Below the pieces are notes generated by a model, which made no database searches, had not been told where the DNA came from, and saw only the letters and a list, made by a program, of their open reading frames with translations. A stretch of 60,919 bases of DNA from Dehalococcoidales bacterium. GTDB taxonomy: Bacteria > Chloroflexota > Dehalococcoidia > Dehalococcoidales > RBG-16-60-22. A program made the translations under genes and the position numbers. Numbering within the stretch: the first letter of the stretch is position 1; every line of letters begins with the position of its first letter. Below are positions 40,352-49,439 of this stretch, in pieces. The stretch lies in the NCBI GenBank assembly GCA_034430375.1, contig DAOUER010000038.1, positions 1 through 60,919 on the forward strand, written 5' to 3'.

Positions 40352-42013
40352 ATGGTCAAACCTAAATTGAAACTTATTCCTCTCGGCGGGTTGGGTGAAA
40401 TCGGTAAAAACATGATGCTGCTCGAATACAGCGACGATATATTAATCATCGACTGCGGTCTCATGTTCCCCGAGGAAGACATGCTGGGAATCGACCTGGT
40501 TATTCCTGACCTCAGCTATGCTGTGGAAAACAGCGATAAAATCCGGGGTATCGTTATCACCCACGGCCACGAAGACCATATCGGCGCGCTGCCCTACCTC
40601 TTGCCACAATTGAATAATGCTCCCATCTATTCATCAAAACTCACCCAGGGTCTTATCAAGGTCAAGTTGAAGGAGAGAAGGGTTAAAGAGGGAGTAAATC
40701 TGAAGTTCCTTGATTTCGGTCAGCAGGAGACACTGGGAAATTTCAAGATAGAGTTATTCCCGGTCTGCCACAGCATCCCGGATGCCGCCGGGATAATAAT
40801 TACCACCCCGGAAGGAACCGTCGTCCACAGCGGCGACTTCAAAATTGATTACACGCCCGTTAATGGCAACGGCACCGATTTATCCCGCCTGGCCCAGTTG
40901 GGCGCCGAAGGCGTGCTGCTATTGCTTTCCGATTCTACTTATGCGGAACTCCCCGGCTATACTCCCTCGGAGCAGATTGTCGGGGCTTCTCTGGAGAACG
41001 TCATCGCCAACGCCCCCGGCCGGGTTATCGTTACCACCTTTTCTTCGCTGATTTCCCGTATCCAGCAGGTTATCGATGCGGCCGTGAAACACGAACGACG
41101 GGTCTTTATTATCGGCCGCAGCATGTCCGATACGGTCCGCATGTCCCTGGATATGGGATATCTCAATGTCCCTGACGGTGTCTTGGGACGCATCGATGAA
41201 TTAAAGGGAATGCCCAATGAGAAGATTGTTATGGTTACTACCGGCAGCCAGGGTGAGCCTACTTCAGCCCTGGTACGCATGGCCAACCGCGACCACCGTC
41301 ACGTCAATATCCAGCGCGACGACACCATTGTTTTATCAGCCACTCCCGTTCCCGGCAACGAATCGCTGGTAAACCGGACGGTTGATAGTCTTTTCAAGCA
41401 GGGTGCCCGGGTTATGTATGACAAGCTGGGGCAGGTGCATGTCCACGGCCACGGCAGCCAGGAAGAGCTTAAATTGCTATTAAACCTGGTCAAACCCAAA
41501 TACTTCGTGCCGATACACGGTGAATACCGCCACCTCAGCCTCCATGCCCGACTGGGAGAATCGATCGGAATTCCTAGTAATAATATCTTTGTCCTTGAGG
41601 ACGGCGACGTCCTGGAACTCACCTCACATTCAGCTAAAAAGAACGGCAAGGTCGGTTCCGGTAATGTCTATGTCGACGGACTCAGCGTGGGCGATGCCGA
41701 CGGCGTGGTCTTGCGTACCCGCCGGATGCTGTCTCGCGATGGCATTGTCGTGGTGATTATCGCCGTCAACCGGCAGACCGGCAAGCTGGTAGGACGCCCC
41801 GATATTGTTACCCGGGGGTTCGTGGACGCCCGTGTATTTAAGGAAATGATGGCGGAAAGCCGCGAGCTTTTAGTGAAAACACTCGACCACGGCAGCGGGC
41901 GCGTGGCGGAATGGGGTTTTATTAATACCAAGGTCAAGGATACCCTGGAAAAATTCTATTATCAGAAGACCAAACGCCGCCCGATGATACTGCCTTTCAT
42001 GGTTAAGGTATAA
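40352..42013 (+). CDS. rnj: Ribonuclease J
   Basis: PLGGLGEIGKN, THGHEDHIG, HSIPD, GSQGEP, HVHGH, PIHGEYRH. Confidence 0.96.
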   Translation: MVKPKLKLIPLGGLGEIGKNMMLLEYSDDILIIDCGLMFPEEDMLGIDLVIPDLSYAVENSDKIRGIVITHGHEDHIGALPYLLPQLNNAPIYSSKLTQGLIKVKLKERRVKEGVNLKFLDFGQQETLGNFKIELFPVCHSIPDAAGIIITTPEGTVVHSGDFKIDYTPVNGNGTDLSRLAQLGAEGVLLLLSDSTYAELPGYTPSEQIVGASLENVIANAPGRVIVTTFSSLISRIQQVIDAAVKHERRVFIIGRSMSDTVRMSLDMGYLNVPDGVLGRIDELKGMPNEKIVMVTTGSQGEPTSALVRMANRDHRHVNIQRDDTIVLSATPVPGNESLVNRTVDSLFKQGARVMYDKLGQVHVHGHGSQEELKLLLNLVKPKYFVPIHGEYRHLSLHARLGESIGIPSNNIFVLEDGDVLELTSHSAKKNGKVGSGNVYVDGLSVGDADGVVLRTRRMLSRDGIVVVIIAVNRQTGKLVGRPDIVTRGFVDARVFKEMMAESRELLVKTLDHGSGRVAEWGFINTKVKDTLEKFYYQKTKRRPMILPFMVKV

Positions 42014-42042
42014 TAGAGAAGTAACAGGACCATTTTACGATT

Positions 42043-44349
42043 ATGGCCAGAAAAGTAAAAAATAAAAGTACCAGGCCGAAAACAGCTAGGAAACCGATAA
42101 AATCCCCGGAAAACCGCAGTTTCTGGCGTATCCTGATATCTACGCCGGTACGCCAGCTGTGGATGACGGCTATTATCGTGGTTCTCCTGGCGGTATTCTG
42201 GGAAAGCATCGTCGACGGCTTTAATACCCTTGTAGAACTCTTCGGTATCGGCCTGGCATTTATCATAGCCGCTATCATCACTCTGATTGTGATTATCTGG
42301 AAGAAGAAACTGTCCACGCTTCTTTTCCGCTGGTACCGCTGGCTGGCGGGAGTGGTATTTGTTCTGGCGGTATGGGGTATGCTGGCTTTTTCACCGGTAA
42401 GTGATATGTTCCCTAACACCCTGGGAGGAAAATTCGGGCAAGAGATAATAGCCTTTCCCGCCGACGCTATCGGTATTTTACGCATAATTGGTCTTATCAT
42501 CGTCGGCGTCGTTCTTATGGTGCCGCGGGAAAGCCTGCAGGTTGTTTCCGGATTTTTTACCTGGCTTTGGGAGTTATTTCAGAGAAAACCGGCGCCGATA
42601 CGTAAAATACAGGACAGCCATCCGGTACCCCGGATTGTAAATCCCAGGACTCCGGATACCAAACCTCCTCTACCGAAAGAACTGGACGTACCGCTTATCG
42701 CCCCCGAGGTCTCGGCATCCCGCGCCAATCTGGAAGCTTTAGCCGAAAAAGCCTCGGCTTTAAAAGCGATCGCCGGTAAATCCGCCGTTTCATCATCTCC
42801 CCAGGGTACCCGGAGTGAATTAAAGCAGGTGGCTGAAGAAGTATGGCGGAAATATGGACAGGCCCCCAATCTGGAAATCGTGGACGGCTGGAAACTACCC
42901 CCGATTGATATCCTCGATATGGCCCCGGAGGTAGAATTCACCGATGCCGATAATGTGCAGCGGGCCAGGATGATAGAAGATGCTTTAGCCAGTTACGGGG
43001 TCGATGCCAAGGTCGTGCAGATAAACGCCGGCCCTACGGTTACCCAGTTTGGCGTCGAACCGGGCTGGGACCGGAAATATAAAGAGATTAAAGAAAAAGA
43101 CAAGGACGGCAACGTGCAGGTCACCATGGCCGAGGTGTCCAAGACCAGGGTCAAGGTAGACAGAATCTCTTCTCTGGCCAATGACATGGCCCTGGCGCTG
43201 GCGGCGCCCAGCATCAGGATAGAAGCCCCGGTACCGGGTAAATCCATCGTCGGTATTGAAGTGCCTAATACTACCTCAGACATGGTTAGTCTGCGGGGTG
43301 TTGTAGAGACAAATCCCTTCCAGAAATCACTGGTGAAGTCCAGGCTGACTCTGGCACTTGGCAAGGGTGCCGGCGGTGAAACAATCGCCTCAGACCTGGC
43401 TAAAATGCCGCATCTTCTGATAGCCGGGGCCACCGGCAGCGGTAAAACGGTATGCCTTAATACCGTTATCTGCTGTTTGTTAATGCACAATACCCCCAAT
43501 GACATCCGCTTCATTCTCATCGACCCCAAGAGGGTTGAATTAACGCAGTACAACAGCATCCCCCACCTGGCGACGCCGGTTATCGTTGATACCAATAAAG
43601 CCCTTAATGTCCTGCGCTGGCTGGTGCAGGAGATGGAGGAACGGTATAAGAAATTAGCGGCCGACGGGTCCCGTCACATCGAGGGTTATAATAAGAACCG
43701 GCATGGAGATGAAAAACTGCCCTACCTGATTCTGATTATCGATGAGCTAGCCGACCTCATGATGGCTGGCTTTGACGAGGTGGAGAGTAATCTCTGCCGG
43801 TTAGCCCAGCTGGCCCGTGCCACCGGTATTCATCTGGTCGTGGCTACCCAGCGTCCGTCGGTGGATGTGGTTACCGGCTTGATTAAAGCCAATTTCCCCA
43901 CGCGTATGAGCTTTGCGGTCACTTCGCAGGTAGATTCACGCACCATCCTGGACGGAACCGGTGCGGAAAAACTGCTGGGCCGGGGCGATATGCTCTTCCT
44001 TCCCACCGAAGCCTCCAAGCCAAAACGACTTCAAGGCTGTTTTCTTTCCGACCCCGAGATTGAAAGACTTGTCTACTTCTGGAATAACCAGGAGAGAGAA
44101 GAACCCGACAAACTCAAACTGGAGACTCTCATCGCCGCCACGCCGCCCGGTACGGTCGGCGGACACCCGCGAGACCCGCTGCTGGAGCAGGCCAAAGAAC
44201 TCGCCAAGAACAGCAATATGTCAACATCATTCCTGCAGCGACGACTCCACATCGGCTACCCGAGGGCCGCCCGTCTCATGGAACAGCTGGAAGCCGAACT
44301 TGCCCGGGAAGAGCCGGTCGCGGAACCGGAACACGAAATTGAAGAATAA
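42043..44349 (+). CDS. ftsK: DNA translocase FtsK/SpoIIIE
   Basis: N-terminal TMs; PHLLIAGATGSGK, IDPKRVEL, DELADLM, ATQRPS, LLGRGDML; gamma domain STSFLQRRLHIGYPRAARL. Confidence 0.95.
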   Translation: MARKVKNKSTRPKTARKPIKSPENRSFWRILISTPVRQLWMTAIIVVLLAVFWESIVDGFNTLVELFGIGLAFIIAAIITLIVIIWKKKLSTLLFRWYRWLAGVVFVLAVWGMLAFSPVSDMFPNTLGGKFGQEIIAFPADAIGILRIIGLIIVGVVLMVPRESLQVVSGFFTWLWELFQRKPAPIRKIQDSHPVPRIVNPRTPDTKPPLPKELDVPLIAPEVSASRANLEALAEKASALKAIAGKSAVSSSPQGTRSELKQVAEEVWRKYGQAPNLEIVDGWKLPPIDILDMAPEVEFTDADNVQRARMIEDALASYGVDAKVVQINAGPTVTQFGVEPGWDRKYKEIKEKDKDGNVQVTMAEVSKTRVKVDRISSLANDMALALAAPSIRIEAPVPGKSIVGIEVPNTTSDMVSLRGVVETNPFQKSLVKSRLTLALGKGAGGETIASDLAKMPHLLIAGATGSGKTVCLNTVICCLLMHNTPNDIRFILIDPKRVELTQYNSIPHLATPVIVDTNKALNVLRWLVQEMEERYKKLAADGSRHIEGYNKNRHGDEKLPYLILIIDELADLMMAGFDEVESNLCRLAQLARATGIHLVVATQRPSVDVVTGLIKANFPTRMSFAVTSQVDSRTILDGTGAEKLLGRGDMLFLPTEASKPKRLQGCFLSDPEIERLVYFWNNQEREEPDKLKLETLIAATPPGTVGGHPRDPLLEQAKELAKNSNMSTSFLQRRLHIGYPRAARLMEQLEAELAREEPVAEPEHEIEE

Positions 44350-44548
44350 CGCCCCGTTTTTGATTAACGGAGACTCTGAATACGTTTTATTGACAAGATT
44401 ATCAAGAATATATTCTGGACGATTATGATTCCCATAGACTTTCTTTTTAGTGACAGGTCAGGGCTACGAAAAGCCCAAGAAAAAGACTGGAGCAAACACA
44501 AGTATGATATAATCCGGCACCAGCGCTTTCGCTAAAAAGCTCCGGGCA

Positions 44549-45568
44549 TTAATTCTCGAGTTGCTCCACAACATATCCAGCTTCTTCCAGCAGGTTTAAT
44601 AGCCCCTCTTCACCAACAAGGTGCCCGGCACCCACGACGATAAAGTATATCTCGTCACCCTCTAGAAAACCTTCGATTTTTTCGAGCATCATATAATTAC
44701 GATTGGTAAACAGGGCTTCAAAATAAGGCAACAGTTCCGGTTCCTCGTAAAGTCCTTCGAATAACAGCTCTTCCATAGCTGCCGAATCGCCGTTTTCCCA
44801 GATTTCCAGCAACTCTTCAATATCTTCACCAGTATCCGGTTCGTCCAGGTTCATTTCCATCATCTTTATCATGACATCATCGGGTACATCGGCAAGTAGT
44901 TTTATCTGAAACTCCTCTGTTTCCAATTCAACTATTTCCAGGTTTTTCACTTCACCGGCTTCCAGAAAATGCATGTCTATGCCGTAGTCCGCCGTATAAC
45001 CCATTTCCTGCAATGAAGTAACGTCCAGAATATTAGCAATAAACCAGGGCCGGTAAGAATCCAGAATAGCCAGACTGATACCCCATTCTGCTAATCGTTC
45101 ATCTAATTCTTCATAGAGGTCTTCCGGAAGAATTTCCTGAAGTCTTTCCCCCGACGGATAGGTAGCATACTCCAATATCAGTGCCGCCGATTCCAGTACA
45201 TCAACTTCATTAATATTAACCTCGACGACGAGAATATCAGATTCGGCAAAAGCATTTTCTATAATCCCGGCCAGGGGATAAGTATCGGCATCGGCTACGT
45301 GAACTGAACCCAGCAGGTATACGTACGTGTCTGCCGATGTTATCTTCCAGATAAATGATTGCCCCGATTCATCTGCCGGAGTAGTCGGGAAAACGGTGGT
45401 TGTTTCCGGGGTGGTCGCTGTTGTTGGAACCGTCGTGGTTGTCGCTGGTGTAGGCTTAGCCGTTTCTGTAGCCGTATCATCCGGTGCGGAGCAGTCAATA
45501 CATAAAAAACTCAGCAGTAATACCAGGGCCACCGGTAGAATGTGTTTTATAGGTTTACACCGGTACAT
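44549..45568 (-). CDS. TraB/GumN-family exported protein
   Basis: Signal peptide, Thr/Pro linker, YLLGSVH, GIDMHF, LET, RNYMM, VGAGHLVG. Confidence 0.88.
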   Translation of the reverse strand: MYRCKPIKHILPVALVLLLSFLCIDCSAPDDTATETAKPTPATTTTVPTTATTPETTTVFPTTPADESGQSFIWKITSADTYVYLLGSVHVADADTYPLAGIIENAFAESDILVVEVNINEVDVLESAALILEYATYPSGERLQEILPEDLYEELDERLAEWGISLAILDSYRPWFIANILDVTSLQEMGYTADYGIDMHFLEAGEVKNLEIVELETEEFQIKLLADVPDDVMIKMMEMNLDEPDTGEDIEELLEIWENGDSAAMEELLFEGLYEEPELLPYFEALFTNRNYMMLEKIEGFLEGDEIYFIVVGAGHLVGEEGLLNLLEEAGYVVEQLEN

Positions 45569-45700
45569 ATAATCGACTCCCGGTACGCTTTATTCTCTGG
45601 TTTTAAGACGTGAATATTATAACACAGGTCAACACCGCATTTAGGTATTTAGGGGATTCGTAAATAGTAAAAATGTTTAGAAAATGGTACGGGTGGTTTT

Positions 45701-46288
45701 CTACCAAATATACTCGTATATACCGAAGACAATTGTGACGATAGCACTGGCCAGCAACGCCCCGGTAAATACCTGGGCCGGGGTATGCAGCTTCATCTCT
45801 ATCCTCGCCCAGGCTACCAGCGGAACCAGCAGTACCGTCCAGGCCGCCATTCCACCGTAGACGATGATTAACACCGTCACCGAGCCGGTGATAAAAGCGG
45901 TATGCAGGCTGATTTTCCAGAAAAGGTTGATAGCCATGAATACTATCACGGTCGCCAGCCCGGCGGCGAACGTAGCTACTAATAACTCCGGCGCATTCAG
46001 CACCACGAGAACGATATAGCCGAGAACGGCACAACAGATGGCTAATATATAAATTCTGTGTCTTTGCTGACGGGGATGTATAAATATACCGTCGAGTTTT
46101 TTCTTGGAAACCAGGTATATCACCACTGCAAAGACAGGAAATACGCTCAGGGCCAGGCCAATTAACGACCATTTAACAGCTTCATCCGTAGAGGTTGTCG
46201 ATTCCATGGCGAGGAGAACGAGAATTATCAGACTCAACAGAAAAGGATTGAGAATATTGGTGGCTATCCTGGCTAGTCTTCGTTTCAT
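45701..46288 (-). CDS. PAP2-like multi-pass membrane protein
   Basis: KISLH, WAR...HT pattern; start moved to ATG 46288. Confidence 0.7.
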   Translation of the reverse strand: MKRRLARIATNILNPFLLSLIILVLLAMESTTSTDEAVKWSLIGLALSVFPVFAVVIYLVSKKKLDGIFIHPRQQRHRIYILAICCAVLGYIVLVVLNAPELLVATFAAGLATVIVFMAINLFWKISLHTAFITGSVTVLIIVYGGMAAWTVLLVPLVAWARIEMKLHTPAQVFTGALLASAIVTIVFGIYEYIW

Positions 46289-46371
46289 AAGCGTATCAGT
46301 ACACGACATTTTACCACATGATATAATAGGAATTGAATTTACCGGGTAATCTAATACCGGAGAATAAGAAT

Positions 46372-47013
46372 ATGACAACGATAATTAACGACGAAGACAT
46401 CCGTATCGATAAGCTTCAGCTGGGACCTTACGGTACCAATTGCTATACCGTAGTCTGTAACCAGACCCGGGAAAGCCTGGTGATAGATGCTCCCGCCGAA
46501 AGTGAAATAATAATGGGTAATTTGAAGGGCACTAATCCAAAGTACATCTTCCTCACTCACGACCATATGGACCATACCGGGGCGCTGGAGGCATTAAGGG
46601 GCGGACTGGGCGTACCCCTGGCTGCCCACACTCTGGATTCCAGGAGTATCTCTCCCCCGCCCGAGATATTTCTGAATGACGGCGACGCTTTGGCGGTGGG
46701 GAATCTCGATTTCAAGGTATTGCATACCCCCGGTCATACGCCGGGCGGGCTGTGTTTACTTTGGGGATTGCACCTGTTCTCCGGTGATACGCTTTTCCCG
46801 GGGGGTCCAGGCCGGACATGGTCACCGGACGCATTCCACCAGATTATCGATTCGTTAAACAATAAAGTATTCGTCCTGCCTGAAGAAACCCGGATATATC
46901 CCGGGCATGGTGAAATAACGGTTCTCAAGAAAGAAAAAGGAGAGTTCTCTGTTTTCACTTCCCGTGAGCATAGTCCCGATTTATGCGGCGACATTCTCTG
47001 GCTGACTTCCTAG
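46372..47013 (+). CDS. MBL-fold metallo-hydrolase
   Basis: THDHMDH, HTPGHT, SGDTLFPGG, YPGHG. Confidence 0.9.
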   Translation: MTTIINDEDIRIDKLQLGPYGTNCYTVVCNQTRESLVIDAPAESEIIMGNLKGTNPKYIFLTHDHMDHTGALEALRGGLGVPLAAHTLDSRSISPPPEIFLNDGDALAVGNLDFKVLHTPGHTPGGLCLLWGLHLFSGDTLFPGGPGRTWSPDAFHQIIDSLNNKVFVLPEETRIYPGHGEITVLKKEKGEFSVFTSREHSPDLCGDILWLTS

Positions 47014-47025
47014 TCTATTAGACTG

Positions 47026-47727
47026 TTAGTATCTCATCTGGATACGGTGAAAGGCTTCCCCCAGTTCATAATCCTGGTCTTCGGCCATCATCTTAGCCCA
47101 GTCCCGTAACCGGTCTCTCATTTCCAGGGGTATATCACCTACCTGGCTGATATGGCAGCCCAGGGCTTTTATCTTGATATCGAATGTATCGGTAACATCA
47201 GAGTAATGATTGGCGTCATCGGCACCCCACAGCCACACCTCCCTGACCTTATGCGGCTCCAGTCCTTCTTCCAGCAGGTCCGGGTATGATAAATGGTCGC
47301 GGGCATAGGGAAAGACCGCATCCATCACCACCTGGCCGGTAACACGGTGGTCGCGGTGCCACATGTATTTCCGGTACGGATTGGCCGTCACCACTACCTC
47401 CGGCCGGTACTGCCGTATCAAACGCACCAGGGCTTTACGAAACTCCGGTGTATCTTCCAGTCCCTGGTCCGGTAAACGCATAAACTCTACTTTGGTTACT
47501 CCCAATAGCCTGGCCGCATTCAACTGCTCTTTTTCCCTGATTTTAGCCAGTTCTTCCGGCTTCATATTACGGTCGCTGGTCCCCTTATCTCCGTTGGTAC
47601 AAACTACATATACTACTTTTTTACCCTCCCGCGTCAGCTTGACGACCGTACCGGCTACACCGAATTCGGCGTCATCCGGGTGCGGTGTAACGACCATCAT
47701 ATAAATGTCATTCTCCATTACAGGCAT
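47026..47727 (-). CDS. PIG-L family deacetylase (MshB/BshB-like)
   Basis: PHPDDAEFG, TNGDKG, HRDH; ATG 47727 follows a GAGGAG RBS. Confidence 0.88.
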   Translation of the reverse strand: MPVMENDIYMMVVTPHPDDAEFGVAGTVVKLTREGKKVVYVVCTNGDKGTSDRNMKPEELAKIREKEQLNAARLLGVTKVEFMRLPDQGLEDTPEFRKALVRLIRQYRPEVVVTANPYRKYMWHRDHRVTGQVVMDAVFPYARDHLSYPDLLEEGLEPHKVREVWLWGADDANHYSDVTDTFDIKIKALGCHISQVGDIPLEMRDRLRDWAKMMAEDQDYELGEAFHRIQMRY

Positions 47728-47755
47728 AACTCCTCGATATATCGGTGGACACATA

Positions 47756-47765
47756 AATTGTATAA
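47756..47765 (+). repeat. attL core AATTGTATAA
   Basis: Identical to 54311-54320; followed by the inner arm ...AATTGCACACGT. Confidence 0.88.
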
Positions 47766-47886
47766 AATTGCACACGTAGAATTCAAGCAAAAATGTATGA
47801 ATTATGACAAGATAATCCAGGGTCGCAAAAAGTTAGCTCAGGGAGAACTCAAGGGTGAGCTATCGTTGGCAGGAATTACAGCATGA
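47756..47886 (+). pseudogene. Detached 3' end of the integrase gene (40-aa tail, rejoined on excision)
   Basis: After the att core the frame reads KIAHVEFKQKCMNYDKIIQGRKKLAQGELKGELSLAGITA* and is in frame with integrase codons L431-Y432. Confidence 0.75.
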
Positions 47887-47990
47887 GGAGATTCGACCCC
47901 ATCAATGACGATATGCCCGGTCAGGAAGACGATGACGAAGATGAACCATGGTATTACTCGATAACTAAAACATCGCATATTTCCATCTGA
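47883..47990 (+). CDS. 35-aa acidic peptide coupled (ATGA overlap) to the stop of the circular-form integrase
   Basis: Manual translation MRRFDPINDDMPGQEDDDEDEPWYYSITKTSHISI*; AGGA upstream. Confidence 0.45.
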   Translation: MRRFDPINDDMPGQEDDDEDEPWYYSITKTSHISI

Positions 47991-48020
47991 GGAGCAGCAA
48001 AAATAGTCCCTGAATATATA

Positions 48021-48050
48021 TTGACAAAGAGCAAGTGTCATAGGTAAAAT
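48021..48050 (+). promoter_or_regulatory. Element promoter with overlapping operator-like inverted repeat
   Basis: TTGACA (48021) - 18 bp - TAAAAT (48045); TGACA-N9-TGTCA at 48022-48040. Confidence 0.65.
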
Positions 48051-48102
48051 TAAGAGAATAGACGCAAGACATTAAAAAAATAATAAGCGACCCACTTCTA
48101 AG

Positions 48103-48137
48103 TCCGGTAGCCGATGGCAAAGCTACCGGATTTTTTT
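48103..48137 (+). terminator. Intrinsic terminator between promoter and first element ORF
   Basis: TCCGGTAGC-10 nt-GCTACCGGA followed by T7. Confidence 0.8.
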
Positions 48138-48151
48138 ATTAGGGAGGAATA

Positions 48152-48337
48152 ATGCAGAATACGCAGAATATCAGGTCAGGAAGCAGAAGGGCAATCAAAA
48201 ATGGCACTGGCATCATAGTTTGTCTACCGCAGAAGTTCGTGAAAATGGCTGGTATCCAGCGGGGTGACCGGCTGGGCATTGTCTATGATGCCAGGAGCAT
48301 CACGTTCGTAAGTCGGCCTAAACCAGAGGGGAATTAG
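48152..48337 (+). CDS. AbrB/MazE/SpoVT-like DNA-binding protein
   Basis: GIIVCLPQKFVKMAGIQRGDRLGIVYD swapped-hairpin pattern; GGGAGG RBS. Confidence 0.75.
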   Translation: MQNTQNIRSGSRRAIKNGTGIIVCLPQKFVKMAGIQRGDRLGIVYDARSITFVSRPKPEGN

Positions 48338-48338
48338 C

Positions 48339-49259
48339 ATGGCTAAAAAATATGGAAACGGCGGATATCTCTACGAGGGGGATGAGCTAATGAAAATGCA
48401 ATCTGACCAGGAATGGGTCTGTAGAAACTGGATACCAAGAACCGGTAGGACATTGCTGATAGCGCAATCCAAGGTTGGCAAAACCAAGTTGGCGGTGTTT
48501 ATCGCCGATAAGGTAGCCAGGGGTGAGGACGTTTTTAACTTTGATACGGAAAAGGGTGTTGTCCTGTACGCAGCGTTGGAGCGGTGGAACGACTTCAGGG
48601 AGAAGCTACGTGACGCAACCGGTGGTAAAGTGCCGTCTAATCTCAAGACTCTTGAATACACCGAACCCCTAGTACTAGACAGTGATGATGATAAGGGATT
48701 TAACATTCTAAAACAAGTGATTTTTGATGTAAAGCCGGTGTTGGTTATCCTCGACTCGAAATTCCGAACTACAGCCAAAGGCGATAACGATGAGCCAGCT
48801 ACGATTATCTGGACTAATCGTATCAATAAGCTCATCAAAGATTGTGACTGCGCCTTCCTTATCCTGCACCACGTGCCCAAAACGAAATATAAGCAACTCG
48901 TGGACCGGGCAGCAGGTACGTCTTATCTATCCCGGTGGGCTGATGTTATTATCGGCATGAAAAGGGCTGACGAAAAAGACAAAAGGAACCCTGACCGCAT
49001 ATTGGAATTCGTCAGCAATTCCGGATATGAACCAGACGATATCACGGTTGAAATCACCGACGTCGGAATTGTTGAAACCATCATCGACCCACTGCAATTA
49101 CTGCAGACGGCTAAGGTGTTAGATGCAGTGGATTTACTGAAAAATGCCCTGCAAAAAGACTGCAAACTCAAGCCAAGTAAAACCATCAGGGAGCTATCAA
49201 AACTGCACAAGATAAGCGAAAGGACGTTCTGGGAGGCGTGGAAGTATGTTAAACCTTAA
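48339..49259 (+). CDS. AAA/RecA-fold (RepA-like) replicative helicase with C-terminal HTH-like region
   Basis: Walker A AQSKVGKT, VLYAALE, LVILDS (Walker B), LILHH, GTSYLSRWAD. Confidence 0.82.
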   Translation: MAKKYGNGGYLYEGDELMKMQSDQEWVCRNWIPRTGRTLLIAQSKVGKTKLAVFIADKVARGEDVFNFDTEKGVVLYAALERWNDFREKLRDATGGKVPSNLKTLEYTEPLVLDSDDDKGFNILKQVIFDVKPVLVILDSKFRTTAKGDNDEPATIIWTNRINKLIKDCDCAFLILHHVPKTKYKQLVDRAAGTSYLSRWADVIIGMKRADEKDKRNPDRILEFVSNSGYEPDDITVEITDVGIVETIIDPLQLLQTAKVLDAVDLLKNALQKDCKLKPSKTIRELSKLHKISERTFWEAWKYVKP

Positions 49260-49345
49260 TATATATATATATATATATTATATATTTGCAGTATGCAGTG
49301 ATGCAGTGTTTACAGTAGTGCAGTAGTGATTACTGCAACACTGCA
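49256..49345. repeat. Candidate replication origin: 32-bp pure A/T tract plus TGCAGT hexamer array
   Basis: A/T only from 49256 to 49287; TGCAGT at 49287, 49294, 49302, 49319, variant TACAGT at 49311, inverted ACTGCA at 49332 and 49340. Confidence 0.65.
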
Positions 49346-49367
49346 ATGGTTTAAGGGGGGTAAAGGT

Positions 49368-49439
49368 ATGATTGAAAACTGGACAATAATTGGAATGATA
49401 TTTTTACAGATTTTCTTAAAACTAGGGGGTGTAACATGA
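49368..49439 (+). CDS. 23-aa hydrophobic peptide
   Basis: MIENWTIIGMIFLQIFLKLGGVT*; G-rich RBS; ATGA overlap with the next ORF. Confidence 0.45.
   Translation: MIENWTIIGMIFLQIFLKLGGVT

Noticed and set aside
42043-44349. FtsK as the element's coupling or packaging ATPase
   Set aside because: It is a full-length chromosomal FtsK with TM and gamma domains, operonic with rnj and outside the att sites.
44549-45568. TraB/GumN name suggesting conjugation linked to the element
   Set aside because: This family is a metalloprotease-like fold unrelated to DNA transfer, and the gene lies outside the att sites.
47750-47770. Reconstructed attB contains TGTATA, the E. coli dif central hexamer, and xerD and ftsK are in the window
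   Set aside because: The flanks do not match XerC (…CATAA) or XerD (TTATGTTAAAT) arm consensus at the right spacing, and the element has its own integrase.
47830-47905. Possible tRNA at the integration site (TTCGACCCC resembles a T-loop)
   Set aside because: No acceptor, D or anticodon stems could be folded on either strand. The region reads as the integrase tail ORF.
48103-48137. GGCAAAGCTACCGG resembles part of a c-di-GMP-I riboswitch
   Set aside because: The upstream GCAAACC/GNRA P2 elements are missing; a plain terminator explains the sequence. An Infernal scan would settle it.
49256-49345. Short repeat array as a mini-CRISPR
   Set aside because: Units are 6 bp with 1-3 bp gaps and there are no cas genes. 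No CRISPR array was seen anywhere in the window.
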